Of a DNA stretch of 62,805 nt, positions 58,908-62,805 are shown piece after piece. Source of the stretch: Verrucomicrobiia bacterium (GTDB lineage Bacteria > Verrucomicrobiota > Verrucomicrobiia > Verrucomicrobiales > DEV007); the NCBI GenBank assembly GCA_020439925.1, contig JAGRPC010000023.1:1-62805 (forward strand). The letters run 5' to 3'. Under the pieces are notes generated by a model. The model saw only the letters and a list, made by a program, of their open reading frames with translations, was not told the DNA's origin and searched no databases. Every line of letters starts with the position of its first letter. Position 1 is the first letter of the stretch. A program made the translations under genes and the position numbers.

Positions 58908-59304
58908 ACGACGCTCCCTCGATGACGCACTTACTCCGGAAGAACAAGCGTTCCTAAACAAGGGAGCGCCGACTCCGGCAAAGCCGAAACAAAAGGCTTC
59001 CGCAAAGAAGCCGAAACCGAAACCAACCCCAAAAGAGGAGGAAACCGTTATGGCACGACCAGCAGTAAAAGAAGAGTTCGCTCTGCGACACTCTGCACCC
59101 GCACCGCAGCCGCAGATCCCCGGAGGGTTCTCAATGCCTGGAGTCGTATCCCTCAATACGCGGATCGATCCTGAGATCAGCGCCGCGCTTCTCACGGCCT
59201 CGATGCAGCGGAAGATTCAACGCCTTCAGCCCTTCACCCAACAGGACATTGTAGCCGAGGCCCTTCGCGATTGGCTCAGCAAAAACGGCTTCCTCACCGC
59301 GTAG
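58900..59304 (+). CDS. Putative centromere-binding partner (disordered N-terminus + RHH-like C-terminus)
   Basis: Overlaps parA; SLNTRIDPE...QQDIVAEALRDWL. Confidence 0.7.
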   Translation: MVKRRSLDDALTPEEQAFLNKGAPTPAKPKQKASAKKPKPKPTPKEEETVMARPAVKEEFALRHSAPAPQPQIPGGFSMPGVVSLNTRIDPEISAALLTASMQRKIQRLQPFTQQDIVAEALRDWLSKNGFLTA

Positions 59305-59329
59305 TCGCGAGAGGATGATAAGGCACACC

Positions 59330-59995
59330 CTACAAATCATCCAATCCTACAAGCGCTGGCCGCGCGACGAACACTTCTGCTTCGCCTTTCCCACGGTTTT
59401 CGATACAATGGTAAAGGTTTGACGGGAACGCCAACCCGTCTCCCTTCTTGAGAACGAACACCTCTGCGCTGGTCTGGTCGTCAGTCTCAGAAACGAGGAA
59501 AGACACCGATCCTTTGTTTACGTACAAAAATTCGTGCCCAAGGTGCCGGTTCCACCTCGTTTTCCCGCCAGCTTCAAGGTGAAGCTTGTCCAAACGAGTC
59601 CGACTGCCAATATCGTCACTTAACGGAGCATAACTCAACATGCAGGGCGGGCTCGAACCTCCAAGCAGGTTGGTAACCTGTTCCTTGTTCCAAGCTTCCG
59701 CGTTGTAGCGGGCAACATGCTGACGGCCGGGTCTCCGGCAAAAGTCGAGGAAGATATCAAAACAAGGAACTTTGAAGATCTTAAGAATTTCGGACAGGTC
59801 TTCGACCTCAAGCCCCTTCTTGCCGGAAAGAATGTTCCGCATCGCCGTGGCACTGGTGAATCTTGTTCTGATATTCACCTTTGCGCAGGTCTTCCTGTAT
59901 TCGTCGAAAAGCGTCTTCTCATCAACGTTGTTCAAGAAACGCTGCCGCCACGCCGACAAGCCCTCCAAAATCTCAGTTTTCGACGGAAACTTCAT
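59330..59995 (-). CDS. HTH-cupin transcriptional regulator
   Basis: HLGHEFLYVNKG...GDGLAF...HCIEN cupin motifs. Confidence 0.8.
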   Translation of the reverse strand: MKFPSKTEILEGLSAWRQRFLNNVDEKTLFDEYRKTCAKVNIRTRFTSATAMRNILSGKKGLEVEDLSEILKIFKVPCFDIFLDFCRRPGRQHVARYNAEAWNKEQVTNLLGGSSPPCMLSYAPLSDDIGSRTRLDKLHLEAGGKTRWNRHLGHEFLYVNKGSVSFLVSETDDQTSAEVFVLKKGDGLAFPSNLYHCIENRGKGEAEVFVARPALVGLDDL

Positions 59996-60210
59996 TCAAT
60001 ATGCGGTCAAAATGGGAGCCGAAAACCGAAACTCGTAGGGGAGTTCTAGGGCAAATGCCAGAAAAATCGCAGAGTTTGGGCTCAATTTTTCGAAATTTCG
60101 GCTGTGAATAACCTGTGAATAACTCATTTTGGGCACAAACATCGCTGTAAACTCGAAAGATTTTCTTCAAATTTCTTGCCATTTTCTTGAAAAATTCGAG
60201 AATCATTCTT

Positions 60211-60414
60211 ATGAAGCCAACGAAATCGTCTCAGGATAAAGCGAGTCACAGCGAGAAAGCCAGTCTTAACGTTCGTATCAGCCGTGAGCTCAAAGATGAG
60301 TTGAAGCGATACGCGGAGCAGTGGGGGCTCACCTTAGAAGAGCTGTCTCAGACGGTCTTCGAGGACTTCCTGAGAAAGAAGCTCCCGATTAGAAAGCGAT
60401 TTCAAGTCGGGTGA
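60211..60414 (+). CDS. Ribbon-helix-helix DNA-binding protein
   Basis: SLNVRISRELKDELKRYAEQWGLTLEEL. Confidence 0.75.
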   Translation: MKPTKSSQDKASHSEKASLNVRISRELKDELKRYAEQWGLTLEELSQTVFEDFLRKKLPIRKRFQVG

Positions 60415-60481
60415 GCGCACTCTTGACAATTCCTTCTAGTATCTGTAATAATACGCAATTAATACAACCGTAACGGAGGCT

Positions 60482-60997
60482 ATGAGCGTGACCCCAGAGA
60501 TTCGAATGGCTGTGCTCAAAGACCGCCTTCCAAAGGGAAGAGGAGAATGTTACGGGCGGGTCGTTTTCGCCCGACCGCTCTCGTTACCGAACGGCGAAGC
60601 TGCTCTGTCGGCGACACTTGCCTACCGGGAAACCAAGGTCACGGACCCTACAGATCGAGCAATCGGTTACGTGGATTCCGGGCTATTTCGAATGGATTTC
60701 CTTCCGTCTCCGCACTTGAACTCCACCGAGAAGGCGAGATTGATGGTCTTGAATGCCTCGATAAATTTGGAGGACGGATTCGATCTCAAATACGTTTATT
60801 TCCAATATCCGGATCCCAACGTTCCGGGTGGAATCCGTGAGGAGTCCGTCGTTTCAGCGAAGGAGTGCGGGAAGACCGGCAAGCCTTTCGATCCGATTGC
60901 TTACCTCAGCGCCGCGAGCTTCGTGGATGAAGTGCTAGAGACCCTTACGAGGGAGACGATCATCGAAAGCGACCGTCCTGATCGCAGGAGCAGGTAG
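60482..60997 (+). CDS. Hypothetical protein
   Basis: GGAGG RBS; TTGACA at 60423. Confidence 0.65.
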   Translation: MSVTPEIRMAVLKDRLPKGRGECYGRVVFARPLSLPNGEAALSATLAYRETKVTDPTDRAIGYVDSGLFRMDFLPSPHLNSTEKARLMVLNASINLEDGFDLKYVYFQYPDPNVPGGIREESVVSAKECGKTGKPFDPIAYLSAASFVDEVLETLTRETIIESDRPDRRSR

Positions 60998-61226
60998 TAA
61001 TCTTTCTCCGGACCGGTCGGATCAGTATGACCAGTTCTGGAGGTCCGAAGCTCGAGTCGGTGATAAAGGCACCTGCGAATTCTGCATCTCGAACCTGCAA
61101 GAATTCAAGGAACTCTGGGCTGTAGCGGACATCCGTGATCGGCAATCCGTCGAGGCCTTGAAACGTTCTGAACTCGGTCAAACTCAGTTTTACGAGTCCC
61201 CAATCGCCTTCCTGTCTAATTTCCAT
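60960..61226 (-). CDS. Small hypothetical protein
   Basis: AGGAGG RBS before ATG at 61226. Confidence 0.45.
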   Translation of the reverse strand: MEIRQEGDWGLVKLSLTEFRTFQGLDGLPITDVRYSPEFLEFLQVRDAEFAGAFITDSSFGPPELVILIRPVRRKITTCSCDQDGRFR

Positions 61227-61588
61227 TTTCCCCCTCCTGTTTGTGTTTTGACCCCGTCTGCGACGAGGCGTTACAGGGTATAACCTACGGCCACGCAACC
61301 GTTACATAAACTTCCTAGAAACTTGTTAGAAATTTTCTAGGAAATTCCGAGCAAGGGAATTAGAAAGCTCTTTTTGGGGGGGCTCTCCAGATAATTATAC
61401 GAGATATTATACGAAAAAATCCCATTTTCGGCGAAAACGACGCAACGGTGCGCAACGATCTGCAAAAGTGAAAACTGCTGAAATCTTCGAATGCAACACC
61501 GTGCAACGCCCTGAAGACCCAATAAAAATAAGCATTCCAGTGTCTTTCGGATCATCTTCCCTTGCCCGAGAACGAGTGGGAAAGGAAG

Positions 61589-61660
61589 TGCCCCCGCCGG
61601 GAATCGAACCCAGATCTAGAGTTTAGGAAACCCTCGTTCTATCCGTTGAACTACGGGGAC
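61589..61660 (-). tRNA. tRNA-Arg(CCT), right att copy (likely retains native promoter)
   Basis: Identical 72 nt to 4732-4803. Confidence 0.95.
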
Positions 61661-61815
61661 GCGCGGAGAGACTCGCATCCCTTGTGCACCGACTCAAGCG
61701 TCTCTTTGCCTCTTCTTTGAGGGGCTTCCGCCCCTTGGATCTCCGTCCCGGCAGGCTGGGTGAACCGCGATTCGGATCTTGCGGGAGTTGTGGCGATCCG
61801 ATACTGTTCCGCTCC

Positions 61816-62784
61816 ATGAAACCTCTCTCCGTCTTTTTCATTCTCTGGATCGTCTTCCTGACTCCCTGCCGAACGGCTGAGTCGGCCAAGTCGGAGGAAA
61901 CTCCGGATGGGGCGGCCGCGGAGGGGACCGGCACGAGCAACCTTCCGCCCGATCCTTTCGGTGACGTGACCCTGACCGCGAAGGCCCCGGATTTCACTCG
62001 AAAAGTGGACCGCACCCGAGGCACCTTCGTAATTGAAGCCAAGGAGGGTACCTATGTCCCCGGAAGTCACTTCGCCAACTGGGCCTGGACGCTCAAGGCT
62101 CCGCGCTGGGGCAATTATTACGCGGGCCTCATCTATGATTCCGTGCGCCCCAAGCTTGGCGTGCAACTCAAGGTCGGAAACGAGGCCACTCTCAAGAGCT
62201 ACGCCCCGCGCACCAATCCGGTCGGGGAGAACCCGCCCCTCGTACTCGGAACCGTTTATCTTCCCGCGACCGGAGAATACCCCATGACCCTCCTGACGGG
62301 AGACCAGTCGAACGTGCCTGCCTTCAACGTCAAAGGGATCCATTTCCGCCCCGCCCCGGAATCCGAACCCCACGGACAATCCATCGACGGCACGGTGCAA
62401 CTCGATGCAAAATCGGCGACCACCTATGCCGAGGCCCTGCGCTACGAACCGAAACCAGAAAAAAACTGTCTCGGGTTCTGGAAGCTCGAGGAAGACTGGG
62501 CGGAATGGGTCTTCGATGTCAGCGTCCCCGGTAAATTCGAGGTGGTGCTGCACTATGGTTCCGGAGCCGGGGATGTCGGCAACCGGGCGGCGATCCTTCT
62601 CAATGAGCACACTCTCGAGTTCGACATCGCCGACACCGGAGGGTTTCAGAACTGGAAAGAACTGAAACTGGGTACGGTTGAACTGAACACGAAAGGTGTG
62701 AACAAACTCGCCATCGTTCCGGTTGCCCTCAAGGGCAAGGCTCTCATGGACGTGCAGAAGGTGATGCTGCACCCCGTGAAATGA
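61816..62784 (+). CDS. Secreted carbohydrate-binding-module (CBM6/35-like) protein, probable host gene
   Basis: Signal peptide; GFW...DWAEW, DTGGFQNW motifs; outside the att repeat. Confidence 0.7.
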   Translation: MKPLSVFFILWIVFLTPCRTAESAKSEETPDGAAAEGTGTSNLPPDPFGDVTLTAKAPDFTRKVDRTRGTFVIEAKEGTYVPGSHFANWAWTLKAPRWGNYYAGLIYDSVRPKLGVQLKVGNEATLKSYAPRTNPVGENPPLVLGTVYLPATGEYPMTLLTGDQSNVPAFNVKGIHFRPAPESEPHGQSIDGTVQLDAKSATTYAEALRYEPKPEKNCLGFWKLEEDWAEWVFDVSVPGKFEVVLHYGSGAGDVGNRAAILLNEHTLEFDIADTGGFQNWKELKLGTVELNTKGVNKLAIVPVALKGKALMDVQKVMLHPVK

Positions 62785-62805
62785 GTCTGTCGCCCGGCAA
62801 GGGCG

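Larger units (their letters stand above)
4732..61660. mobile_element. tRNA-Arg-integrated mobilisable element / integrated plasmid (IME/ICE-like), ~56.9 kb
   Basis: Identical 72-bp tRNA direct repeats at both ends; integrase adjacent to left end; relaxase, T4CP, RepA and ParA inside. Confidence 0.92.

Noticed and set aside
4732-61660. Prophage
   Set aside because: No capsid, portal, large terminase or tail genes recognised
61651-62772. 373-aa minus-strand ORF
   Set aside because: Antisense to the signal-peptide CBM gene and overlaps the tRNA

Overview
Most of this window is a ~57-kb integrative, mobilisable element (4732-61660) bounded by two identical, complete 72-nt tRNA-Arg(CCT) copies. 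Gene style suggests a Verrucomicrobia/PVC-group host (inference). The element has a tyrosine integrase with an excisionase-like HTH gene, a plasmid-type RepA/iteron/ParA module, and a MOBF relaxase with a type IV coupling protein, but no recognisable mating-pair genes. Its cargo includes: (i) a small tyrosine recombinase inside its own loxP-like inverted sites with an outward-facing promoter, a candidate ON/OFF switch between the excisionase-like gene and a secreted protein; (ii) a split Rhs locus, with one 1275-aa N-terminal shell gene followed by five C-terminal toxin/immunity modules that all start at the same Met (MSNT), flanked by GT9 glycosyltransferase, sulfotransferase and FkbM methyltransferase genes; (iii) defence and anti-defence genes (ABC-three-component/Lamassu-like operon, SF2 helicase-nuclease, IrrE/XRE-regulated operon, Fic, ArdC). 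Left of the first tRNA copy is part of a second accessory region with two type I HsdM genes separated by an endonuclease-like gene. Right of the second copy is a probable host carbohydrate-binding protein gene. All family calls come from motif reading by eye; no searches were run.
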